Part shown: piece by piece, positions 17,908-25,665 of the stretch
Numbering within the stretch: position 1 is the stretch's first letter
Layout of the letters: each line of letters begins with the position of its first letter
NCBI GenBank assembly: GCA_030594025.1
Contig: JAUVFY010000001.1
Span: 1-31,834 of the forward strand
Source of the DNA: Deltaproteobacteria bacterium
GTDB lineage: Bacteria; Desulfobacterota; GWC2-55-46; JAUVFY01
DNA: 31,834 nucleotides
Direction of reading: 5' to 3'
Position numbers and translations under genes: made by a program
The notes under the pieces: model-generated
The model's database searches: none
What the model was told of the DNA's origin: nothing
What the model saw: only the letters and a program-made list of their open reading frames with translations

Positions 17908-18915
17908 GTGCTTGACAGAAGAGAAAGGTTAAAGGTTTCGGCCGTGGAAGAGGTATTTTATTATCTGCCCCTTGTAATAGTTTCGGCCTATTTGCTTGAT
18001 CTCGTGGTGGGCGATCCCGAGTTCCTTCCCCATCCTGTAAGATGGATTGGAAGGCTTATAAATTTCCTGGAGGGTAAATTAAGAAGGCTTGTAAGGGCCG
18101 AGCGGCTCGCAGGTGGGGTTCTTACTTTGGTCGTTTTGACTTCAGTCTTAGGCCTGACGTGGGGGATACTTGAGCTGGCCTCCGCCCTTTCCACGGCGCT
18201 TTTTTTATTGGTTTCACTTTACCTGGGGTGGTCTGTTCTATCAGTCAAGTCCCTTAAAAAGGAGGCCCTGGGGGTCATCGAGCCCCTTAGGAAGGACGAA
18301 CTGAAAACAGCCAGGCACCGGCTTTCCCGGATCGTGGGCAGGGATACCGGGGAGCTCACTCGCCGGGATGTCATGAAGGCCGTGGTGGAGACTGTCTCTG
18401 AGAACACATCCGACGGTATAGTGGCCCCGCTCTTTTACCTCGCCCTCGGCGGGCCCGTCCTTGCCGTCACTTACAAGGCCGTAAACACCCTCGACTCCAT
18501 GGTGGGGTACAGGAACAGAAGATATTTTAACCTGGGCTGGTTCTCGGCACGGCTCGACGACTGGGCCAACTATATACCGGCCCGCGTAACTGCCGCATTG
18601 ATGATCGTCTCCTCGTACTTTCTCGGTCTCGACTCCAGGGGCTCTTTAAGTGTATTGAAAAACTACGGCAGGTCGCACCCGAGTCCCAACGCGGGCCTGC
18701 CGCAGGCCGCCGTTGCCGGCGCCCTCGGTATAAGGCTCGGGGGGCCTGCGAGCTACTTCGGCATTGTCCATGAAAAACCCTACATCGGGCAGGGTACCGC
18801 GGAGATAGAGGAACGTATGGTGGAGGCAACCCTTGAGGTCATGCGCCTTACGGCCATTTTTATGCTCCTTTTAACGCTCCTTTTCCACATGGCCCTGCAA
18901 CGGATGATCTTTTAG
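17908..18915 (+). CDS. cbiB: Adenosylcobinamide-phosphate synthase (CbiB/CobD family)
   Basis: GDP..LPHPV, LSRIVGRDT, ETVSENTSDG, YKAVNTLDSMVGY, ARLDDWANYIPAR, SPNAG. The start may be GTG 17944. Confidence 0.95.
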   Translation: MLDRRERLKVSAVEEVFYYLPLVIVSAYLLDLVVGDPEFLPHPVRWIGRLINFLEGKLRRLVRAERLAGGVLTLVVLTSVLGLTWGILELASALSTALFLLVSLYLGWSVLSVKSLKKEALGVIEPLRKDELKTARHRLSRIVGRDTGELTRRDVMKAVVETVSENTSDGIVAPLFYLALGGPVLAVTYKAVNTLDSMVGYRNRRYFNLGWFSARLDDWANYIPARVTAALMIVSSYFLGLDSRGSLSVLKNYGRSHPSPNAGLPQAAVAGALGIRLGGPASYFGIVHEKPYIGQGTAEIEERMVEATLEVMRLTAIFMLLLTLLFHMALQRMIF

Positions 18916-19017
18916 CTGAGCATGGACCAAGATTGAGAGAACCCCTCCGGAAAAGTATTCCCGCCTGAACCATAACACCCTGAAACATCATCCAGAAAAA
19001 ATTTTAAAGAAAAGTCT

Positions 19018-20163
19018 ATGGGCCAAGTGTCAGAAGACCCTTGTATAGGTGAAGAACGGATGAAGGAAAAAGCACCAACCCCTATAGTTAAAAAGTCAAA
19101 GACCGCGGGCATCCGGTACGTCCTCTGGATATCCATCGTCTTATCGTTGGTCCTTGCGGGTGCGGTCGTCGCTTCCATGAGCTTTGTCTTCACCGGAAGC
19201 GTCGTTCCTAAGTACATGGCCGCCGGGGCCGTTACAGCCCTTTTGGTATCATCTGCGGTAGCCTTCATCGTTATCTTCCTTGCAAGGCGGATAAATGAGG
19301 ACCGCTACCATTCCATGCTCGAAGACTTGCCCGAACTCATTTGCCGCTGGACGCCTGACGGAACGATAACATACGTGAACGAAAGCTGCTCAAGGTACCT
19401 CGGCAAGACGAAAAAAGAGCTTGTCGGTCAAAGCATCGTGCAATTTATCCCTGAAAAAGAGCGTAAAAGGATGGAAAAACATCTCTATGCCCTTTTAAAG
19501 GAAAACCCCGTGGTTACCGTTGAACACAGGGTTACGCTGCCGGGAAGAGATACGAGGTGGCACCGCAGTACCGTAAGCGCAGCCTTCAACGAACAAGGGG
19601 ATTTGAAAGTATTCCAATCCGTCGGGCTGGATATTACCGAGCGCAAGCTTGCCGAACAGAACGTTAAGAAGTCGGAGGAAAGGTACAGAAATCTCATAAA
19701 CGAAATACACGACGGTTTCGCTGTCAGCGACCACAGGGGGAAGATCACCTTAGCCAACAAGGCCCTTGCCGGGATCCTCGGTTTTGAAACCCCGGAGGAG
19801 TTACTGGGAAAGAACTTGACGGACTTCTTCCACCCCACGACAAGAACGAAAGAGCTCGCGGAGTTCAAAAAGGCCTTTGAGACGGGAAGGTTCCCCGAGG
19901 TCGTTGTGAGCAAGGTTATAAGAAAAGACGGAGACACCGCTTTTGTTGAGGTCAGGCCAGTGCCTGTTATTGAGCAAGGCTCACTGGTGGGCTCAATGGG
20001 GGTTATAAGGGACGTGACCGAGCGAATCACGATGGAAGATGAAATAAAGCATAGACTTGACGAAGTCGAAAGGCTTAACAAGCTCATGGTGGGCAGGGAA
20101 CTGAAGATGGAGGGTTTCAGAAAGGAGATTGTGAGACTGAGGGAGAAATCCCGGAAAGAGTAG
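19018..20163 (+). CDS. Membrane-anchored tandem PAS-domain protein with no catalytic output domain
   Basis: Two TM helices, two PAS/PAC units ending DITERK and DVTER, and a short C-terminal coiled coil LNKLMVGRELKM. Confidence 0.8.
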   Translation: MGQVSEDPCIGEERMKEKAPTPIVKKSKTAGIRYVLWISIVLSLVLAGAVVASMSFVFTGSVVPKYMAAGAVTALLVSSAVAFIVIFLARRINEDRYHSMLEDLPELICRWTPDGTITYVNESCSRYLGKTKKELVGQSIVQFIPEKERKRMEKHLYALLKENPVVTVEHRVTLPGRDTRWHRSTVSAAFNEQGDLKVFQSVGLDITERKLAEQNVKKSEERYRNLINEIHDGFAVSDHRGKITLANKALAGILGFETPEELLGKNLTDFFHPTTRTKELAEFKKAFETGRFPEVVVSKVIRKDGDTAFVEVRPVPVIEQGSLVGSMGVIRDVTERITMEDEIKHRLDEVERLNKLMVGRELKMEGFRKEIVRLREKSRKE

Positions 20164-20273
20164 AAAAATCCGGAGCGCGCCGAGTAAAAAATTTTTATAG
20201 AAAAAACGGCGCATCTGGTGTATAAGGGATGGAACGCCTGTTCCCCTTTAAGATCGTTTTCCCGGAGTGATCA

Positions 20274-20744
20274 ATGTTGAGCCTTATAAATTTCATCCAC
20301 CTTTCATCCCTTGTGGTCTGGATAGGGATGATAGTTTTTTTCAGCTTCTTTGCCGCTCCCGCCATATTCAAGGTCCTTCCCAGGGAGACCGCCGGCGAGG
20401 TCGTAGGCGAGATATTCCCGAAGTACTGGCTCGTCGGCTACGTCTCTAGTGTTGCCGCCCTTTCAACGCTCATAACCTTATCCTTTGTTCACAAGACCTT
20501 CCCGTTTGCGCGCCTTTTTATCCTCGCCTTTATGACGGTTACCACCTTCTACAGCGGGCTTGTTGTCGGCAAGGAGGCCGTGGGTATCAAGATGAAGATG
20601 AGGGCCACGGAGGACCCGGCGGAAAAGGAGTCCTTGAGGGCCGAGTTCAAAAAGGTGCATTCGAGGAGCTCGCTACTTAACATGACTGTACTCGCCCTCG
20701 GAGCGGTCTTGGTATTCCTCACGGCGCGGGGCCTTAGGTTATAA
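20274..20744 (+). CDS. DUF4149 / TMEM205-like membrane protein
   Basis: FFAAPAIFKVL, AGEVVGEIFPKY, FKKVHSRS. Four hydrophobic helices. Confidence 0.85.
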   Translation: MLSLINFIHLSSLVVWIGMIVFFSFFAAPAIFKVLPRETAGEVVGEIFPKYWLVGYVSSVAALSTLITLSFVHKTFPFARLFILAFMTVTTFYSGLVVGKEAVGIKMKMRATEDPAEKESLRAEFKKVHSRSSLLNMTVLALGAVLVFLTARGLRL

Positions 20745-20766
20745 CTTTAAATATGGAGGATGTATT

Positions 20767-20970
20767 ATGGACAAGATCTACAAGAAGATAGAACTCGTTG
20801 GGATTTCACCTGAGAGCTACGAGGAAGCGATTAAGAACGCAATCGAAAAGGCCTCAAAGTCACTCCACGGCATGGCGTGGTTCGAGGTCTCCGAGCTCCA
20901 TGGAAGGGTAGTCGAAGGCAAGGTGGCTGAGTTCCAGGCCATTTTAAAGGTGGCCTTCAAGCTCGACTGA
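20767..20970 (+). CDS. Dodecin (flavin-binding)
   Basis: YKKIELVG.S..SYEEAI.NAI..ASKSL, WFEV, KVAFKL. GGAGG RBS. Confidence 0.93.
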   Translation: MDKIYKKIELVGISPESYEEAIKNAIEKASKSLHGMAWFEVSELHGRVVEGKVAEFQAILKVAFKLD

Positions 20971-21057
20971 TACTTAAGCCGTCAGAGTCCTTAAGAGACT
21001 GGTTTTACCGGGAGTAGTGTCTTTGCCCCATGGGAAAAAGTTAATCGGATGGTGCGC

Positions 21058-22434
21058 ATGAACGAGAGAAAACTGGACTTCCTTTTCAAACCCCGCTCGA
21101 TAGCCGTAGTGGGGGCCTCGGATGTACCCGGCAAGCTTTCGACCATCATAATGGACAGCCTTGTTGATTCGGGCTTCAAGGGCAGCATTTACCCTGTTAA
21201 CCCGAAGCACCAGACCGTAAGGTCGCTAAAGTGTTATCCATCCATCGAGGAGATAGAAGACGGGGTCGACCTGGCAGTCTTTGCCGTACCGGCCCCGCTT
21301 ACACCGGGGCTCCTTAAACGGGCAAATGGGAAGCTCAAGGGAGCGATAATCGTGAGCGGCGGGTTCGGGGAGATGGACGAGGCAGGCCGTGGACTCGAGG
21401 GTGAGCTGAAGGAGATCGTAAAAAACGGCGGGCCCAGGATAATCGGGCCCAATTGTATGGGCATATATGACTCCATAAGCAAGGTGGACACCTTCTTTTT
21501 ATCGAGAGAGAGGATAAAGAGGCCGAAAAGGGGGTCCATTTCCATACTAACGCAGAGCGGCTCTTTCGCATCCACGGCGATGGACGAGCTGGCTGCGGAG
21601 GGCATCGGGGTTGCAAGGCTTATAAGTTACGGCAACAGGGTGGACGTGAACGAATCGGACTGCCTCGATTTTCTCGCCGGAGACAGGGCCACAAAGGCGG
21701 TATTACTATACATAGAGGCCATAGACGAGGGCAGGAGGTTCATCGAGAGCGCTTCAAGGTGTGCCGCAAAAAAGACCGTAATGGCCGTAAAGGTGGGGCG
21801 CCATGCAGAAGGGGCCTTGGCGGCGATGTCCCATACCGGGGCCATTTCAGGGAGGTACGAAATCTACAAAGCGGCATTTAAAAAGGCAGGTGTAATAGAG
21901 CTTGAGGGCTATGAGGAGTTTATCGACGGTTGCAGGGCGTTTACCATGCAGGAAATGGCAAAAGGCCCCCGGGTTCTTATAATAACGGACGGAGGAGGCA
22001 TAGGGGTGGCCATAGCCGATGCATGCATGGATTCAGACCTCTGTGTCGAGAGCCTCACGGAAGAAAAAAAACAGGCCCTCAAGGCCATCTTCCCTCCTTA
22101 TTATACAATCGGAAACCCGATGGACCTTACCGGGAGCGTTAACGACGAGCTCTTCGCAGAGGCCCTGGAAAAATCGATGGAGGGCTCGGAGTTCGATATG
22201 GCCATAGTAGCCGCCCTCTGGGGGCCTCCTAACCTGACCGACAGGCTCCCGGGGCTCCTGGCCGAAAAGGCCGAACGGATCGGAAAGCCCGTTCTTATCT
22301 GCACGCCCGGGGGAAAATATACGAGGCGGAAAAAGAAGCTCTTTGAAAAAAGGAAACTTCCGGTATTTTCGAGTCCGGAAAGTGCGGCCCGGGCGGCCTC
22401 GGTACTTGCGGGAAAGAAGGGGGTCAAGAGATAA
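21058..22434 (+). CDS. Acetate/acyl-CoA ligase (ADP-forming) alpha subunit
   Basis: FKPRSIAVVGAS, YPVNP, IIGPNCMG, TQSG, SYGNRVDV, SHTGAISG (phospho-His), NPMDLTG. ATG 21058 preferred over 21049. Confidence 0.9.
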   Translation: MNERKLDFLFKPRSIAVVGASDVPGKLSTIIMDSLVDSGFKGSIYPVNPKHQTVRSLKCYPSIEEIEDGVDLAVFAVPAPLTPGLLKRANGKLKGAIIVSGGFGEMDEAGRGLEGELKEIVKNGGPRIIGPNCMGIYDSISKVDTFFLSRERIKRPKRGSISILTQSGSFASTAMDELAAEGIGVARLISYGNRVDVNESDCLDFLAGDRATKAVLLYIEAIDEGRRFIESASRCAAKKTVMAVKVGRHAEGALAAMSHTGAISGRYEIYKAAFKKAGVIELEGYEEFIDGCRAFTMQEMAKGPRVLIITDGGGIGVAIADACMDSDLCVESLTEEKKQALKAIFPPYYTIGNPMDLTGSVNDELFAEALEKSMEGSEFDMAIVAALWGPPNLTDRLPGLLAEKAERIGKPVLICTPGGKYTRRKKKLFEKRKLPVFSSPESAARAASVLAGKKGVKR

Positions 22435-22435
22435 A

Positions 22436-23149
22436 ATGTGCTTGGATGTTGATAAAAAGAGTATCGATAAATTTGTCGGTGAGGCGAAGGGGCAGGGCTT
22501 CAGGACCCTCATCGAGCCCGAGGTGAAGATTATTCTCAAGGCCTCGGAAATACCGGTGCCAAAATTTAAAGTCGTAAAGGACATGGCTGAAGCTGTAGAG
22601 GAAGCGGAACATATCGGCTACCCCGTTGTCCTCAAGGTAATCTCCCATGATATATTACACAAAAGCGAAGCCGGCGGGGTCATAACCAACCTGAAGGACA
22701 TGAAGGATATCGAAAGCGCATGGTCCGAGATGCTCTTCAATGTGGCCGATAACGTACCCACCGCGAGTATCGAGGGTTTCCTCGTAGAAGAGATGGCCCC
22801 CCCGGGGATCGAGGTCATCGTGGGCGGGCTCCGGGACGAGCAGTTCGGCCCGGCGGTAATGTTCGGTATCGGCGGGGTTGCCGTTGAGCTTCTGAAGGAT
22901 ACGAGCTTCAGGCTCGCCCCCGTGGAAAAAAAAGAGGCCCTCGAGATGATGACCGAGGTGAAGGGTTACAGGCTACTTACCGGCCTCAGGGGAGCTGAGC
23001 CCAGGGACATCGATGCCGTAAGCGATGTGATCGTGAAGCTATCGAGGATACTCGACAGCGCAGATGGTGTTAAGGAGCTGGAGATAAACCCCCTCGTGGT
23101 CTATGAAAAGGGTGTGGTGGCAGTTGACGCAAGGGCGATACTCGCGTAG
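22436..23149 (+). CDS. Acetate/acyl-CoA ligase (ADP-forming) beta subunit, ATP-grasp
   Basis: GYPVVLKVIS, LHKSEAGGV, VEEMA, DEQFGPAVMFGIGG, ELEINPL, VAVDARA. ATG 22436 follows the alpha stop directly. Confidence 0.9.
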   Translation: MCLDVDKKSIDKFVGEAKGQGFRTLIEPEVKIILKASEIPVPKFKVVKDMAEAVEEAEHIGYPVVLKVISHDILHKSEAGGVITNLKDMKDIESAWSEMLFNVADNVPTASIEGFLVEEMAPPGIEVIVGGLRDEQFGPAVMFGIGGVAVELLKDTSFRLAPVEKKEALEMMTEVKGYRLLTGLRGAEPRDIDAVSDVIVKLSRILDSADGVKELEINPLVVYEKGVVAVDARAILA

Positions 23150-23191
23150 TTTTGTAAAACGCCGATTGAGAATTCATGGGGCAGGAAAGCG

Positions 23192-23215
23192 AAGGGGGTT
23201 CTAAAGGGGGTTCTA
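23192..23215 (+). repeat. 12-bp direct tandem duplication (AAGGGGGTTCTA)x2 immediately before the cobD start
   Basis: Read directly from the sequence. Confidence 0.9.
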
Positions 23216-23216
23216 A

Positions 23217-24326
23217 GTGAAGGACACACACGGCGGGGATATCTGGCAGGCTTCGACCCTCACGGGTATACCACCCGGCGATATAATAGACTTCAGCGCA
23301 AACATAAACCCCCTCGGCCCTTCACCCATGGCCACCGAGGCGCTGAAAGAGGCCCTCGGGATGGTCGGGGCCTATCCGGAGCCCGGGGCAGGCGCCCTCA
23401 AGGAGGCCCTTTCAGACTACCACCACATACACCCGGACCGGATACTTCCCGCAAACGGCTCCACCGAGCTTATATACCTCATACCAAGGGTCCTCGCCCC
23501 GAAGACAGCGCTGGTCGTTGAGCCCGCATTCAGCGAGTACGTAAACTCGCTCGTGCCCCTGGGGTGCAGGGTCGATGAGTTTTTAACCGGAGAAGAGGAC
23601 TCATTTGCGCTCGATACGGAAAGGCTCGCTACGAAGCTTAAAAACGGCTATGACGTTTTTTACCTGGCCAACCCCTCGAACCCCGCAGGCTCGCTCGTCG
23701 ATAAAGAGCCCCTCTTACATCTCGCTCGAAAATGCCGTGAGCACGGGACGGTCCTTGTAGTGGACGAGGCATTTGCGGATTTTACGGAAGGGCAGTCGAT
23801 AAAAAAGGAGGCAGCAGAACTAGGCAGTATAGTTGTGTTGAGGTCCATGACCAAGTTCTTCTCCCTGGCCGGCTTGAGGCTCGGCTACATGGTGGCAAGT
23901 GAGGGACTGATAAAGAGGTTTACAGAGCACATCCAGCCATGGGCTGTAAACACACTCGCAATGGTCGCAGGCGAAGCAACACTCAGGGACATGGCTTACA
24001 TGGAGAGGACACTTCGCTGGTTCGGGGAGGAAAAAAAACGCACCGCGGCCGAACTCGCCGCAATCCCCGCCCTTAAGCTCTTCCCGTCGAAAGCGAATTT
24101 TTTCCTCCTCAAGCTCCTTACGGACGCTTTTACAGGTGCGTTGCTTAAAAAAGTCCTTCTTGAAAGAGGGATACTCATAAGGGAGCTGAGCTCAGTAAGG
24201 GGGCTCGGTAAAAGGTTCTTCCGGGTGGCGCTACTTAAAAGGAGGGATAACGAGACCTTAGTCGAGACCCTCAGGTCTTTGCTTCTGGGCATGAAAAGCC
24301 TTGACAGAGCCGACATTTCATGTTAA
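23217..24326 (+). CDS. cobD: L-threonine-O-3-phosphate decarboxylase (PLP, class I/II aminotransferase fold)
   Basis: HGG start, DFSANINPLG, ANGSTELIY, NPSNPAG, VVDEAFADF, RSMTKFFSLAGLRLGY (PLP Lys). cobQ and cbiB are nearby. Confidence 0.88.
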   Translation: MKDTHGGDIWQASTLTGIPPGDIIDFSANINPLGPSPMATEALKEALGMVGAYPEPGAGALKEALSDYHHIHPDRILPANGSTELIYLIPRVLAPKTALVVEPAFSEYVNSLVPLGCRVDEFLTGEEDSFALDTERLATKLKNGYDVFYLANPSNPAGSLVDKEPLLHLARKCREHGTVLVVDEAFADFTEGQSIKKEAAELGSIVVLRSMTKFFSLAGLRLGYMVASEGLIKRFTEHIQPWAVNTLAMVAGEATLRDMAYMERTLRWFGEEKKRTAAELAAIPALKLFPSKANFFLLKLLTDAFTGALLKKVLLERGILIRELSSVRGLGKRFFRVALLKRRDNETLVETLRSLLLGMKSLDRADISC

Positions 24327-24417
24327 TAAGATATTGAAGTATTAGGCGTTTTTATTCAGATGAGGTTTTTACCCGCTGGCAAGGTAGCTTAATACGGAAA
24401 AAAAATTTAATATAAGA

Positions 24418-24515
24418 ACCACCGATAGTGGCAACCCACTCCGGAAGGATGGGACGCAAAGCCATTGACCCGACCCGGATTAGATGCGGAGGGTTTGATT
24501 GGATGCCGAAGTGGT
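24418..24515 (+). ncRNA. c-di-GMP-I (GEMM) riboswitch
   Basis: GGCAA-CC...CC-GGAA-GG...GGGACGCAAAGCC core, 3' GGATGCCGAA, and P1 ACCAC/GTGGT. G at 24430 is the G20-equivalent, so c-di-GMP rather than cGAMP type. Confidence 0.88.
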
Positions 24516-24526
24516 AAGAATAAGAC

Positions 24527-24562
24527 AACCCATCATAGGCTTTGCGGATGATGGGTTTTTTT
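24527..24562 (+). terminator. Intrinsic terminator (riboswitch expression platform)
   Basis: AACCCATCAT/ATGATGGGTT perfect 10-bp stem followed by a T run. Confidence 0.9.
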
Positions 24563-24595
24563 CTGGGGCGCTACAGTCATTATGAGAGAAGCGCC

Positions 24596-24624
24596 TTGAC
24601 AAAATAGATACCACGTGATATAAA
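24596..24624 (+). promoter_or_regulatory. sigma70 promoter between the riboswitch terminator and leader 1
   Basis: TTGACA (24596-24601), 17-nt spacer, TATAAA (24619-24624), extended -10 TG. Confidence 0.7.
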
Positions 24625-24627
24625 TCC

Positions 24628-24705
24628 GCTGTTTCAAGAAAAACAGCTTGTTATCACGCCGGGTGATGAAGCCCTAAGGCACATGTTTAGCCTTGGGGCT
24701 TTTTT
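24628..24705 (+). promoter_or_regulatory. Attenuator-like leader 1: two hexaloop hairpins plus an overlapping intrinsic terminator (ANTAR-target-like)
   Basis: GCTGTTT-CAAGAA-AAACAGC, GGGT-GATGAA-GCCC, and a 12-bp terminator stem 24669-24680/24690-24701 with a T run. Confidence 0.6.
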
Positions 24706-24881
24706 ATTTCAAGGATGTTTATAAAATAAACGGACTCCTGCGATTATGCGAAGGTAGCTGACGGCCCACATATAGAGGTGGTAAAATGAAAATCACCGCG
24801 GTCGTAGCGTTGCTTTCATTCGTTCCTCGAACACTTTCTAACCGCCCCTTTCCAGGGGGCCGAGGTAGAGGACTGCGCCCC

Positions 24882-25337
24882 GTGCATGGTAAAAAGCAGA
24901 GTTTTATATGGGGCTTGGTTCTTTTATTGTTCTTTTTCTTCCATTCATATGCATATGCCCAGGACTTCATCGTGGTCGTAAACAAGGACGGCCCCCTGAA
25001 CGATGCCAACATGGATGTAATAAAGAAGATATATCTCGGGGAGAAGAAGTTCGTGGACTCAACAAAGATCATGCCCATACATTTAAAAGAGGGCCCTGCC
25101 AAGGACGCCTTCCTCAAAACCGTTGTCGGTATGAGCTCAAAGGAATACAAGCATTACAGTCTACAGAAGCTCTTCCAGGAAGGGTTGCAATTCCACTCGA
25201 TAGCAATCCCCGTGGAAATCGTTGAGTTTGTGAGTAAAGAGAAAGGGGCGGTGGCCTATCTGCCGGCCTTCTGGACCACGGCCATTCAATCCGGGATCGG
25301 AAGAGGCACGGAGGAGATTAAGATTATTGGTCCCTGA
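24882..25337 (+). CDS. Small secreted periplasmic-binding-protein-like protein, copy 1 (often labelled 'phosphate ABC substrate-binding')
   Basis: Signal peptide ending AYA/QD, IVVVN..GPL, IYLGEK, EFVSKEKGAVAYLP. GTG 24882 has AGAGGA upstream. The frame also extends to ATG 24786. Confidence 0.75.
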   Translation: MHGKKQSFIWGLVLLLFFFFHSYAYAQDFIVVVNKDGPLNDANMDVIKKIYLGEKKFVDSTKIMPIHLKEGPAKDAFLKTVVGMSSKEYKHYSLQKLFQEGLQFHSIAIPVEIVEFVSKEKGAVAYLPAFWTTAIQSGIGRGTEEIKIIGP

Positions 25338-25438
25338 GGGCCGCGACACGGGCGAAGGGCTTTGGCCCGCGCGTTAGAGGAAGTTTGACGAACCCCCTCT
25401 CGATGGGCTTTCCCCTGCATTCTCTTCCATAAGCCTCC

Positions 25439-25467
25439 TTGACACCTTGCTTTTTCCGTGGTAGAAG
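25439..25467 (+). promoter_or_regulatory. Putative promoter of the porin operon
   Basis: TTGACA (25439-25444), 17-nt spacer, TAGAAG, extended TG. The -10 is weak. Confidence 0.4.
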
Positions 25468-25487
25468 TAGTAGAAGTAATAGAACTA
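25461..25487 (+). repeat. Three tandem 9-mers GTAGAAGTA GTAGAAGTA ATAGAACTA over the -10/start site
   Basis: Read directly from the sequence. Confidence 0.8.
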
Positions 25488-25516
25488 TTTGAAGATTTTT
25501 TAGGTAAGAAGATAAA

Positions 25517-25596
25517 ATGCTGTATGGGTATGCTCCTTTATGCAGCATAAGGTGAAGGTGCCTCAAGGCTGCGTTCTGCTCCTGGGGCATTTTTTT
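25517..25596 (+). promoter_or_regulatory. Attenuator-like leader 2, homologous to leader 1
   Basis: ATGCTGTAT...ATGCAGCAT hairpin, AGGT-GAAGGT-GCCT, and terminator TGCCTCAAGG/CCTGGGGCA followed by T7. Confidence 0.6.
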
Positions 25597-25665
25597 GTTT
25601 ATAAATATTCGGATTCAGGTATTTTTCTGCAGGCTGCAAACCGTATTTAGAAAGAGGTGAATGAC

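Noticed and set aside
22343-22435. N-terminal extension of the beta subunit overlapping alpha, suggesting a frameshifted fusion
   Set aside because: The alpha gene ends cleanly, ATG 22436 follows with a purine-rich RBS, and the extension is not protein-like.
24418-24515. cGAMP-sensing GEMM-Ib riboswitch, as known from Geobacter
   Set aside because: The position equivalent to nucleotide 20 is G (24430), not A. This favours c-di-GMP, although only binding data can settle it.
24629-24646. CTGT...ACAG as a LexA box
   Set aside because: The spacer is 10 nt rather than 8, and the sequence is better explained as an RNA hairpin.
24660-24775. Fluoride riboswitch-like fragments (GGTGATGAAGCC and AGCTGACGGCCCAC)
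   Set aside because: The P1 partner and pseudoknot complementarity are missing, and no crcB/eriC-type gene follows.
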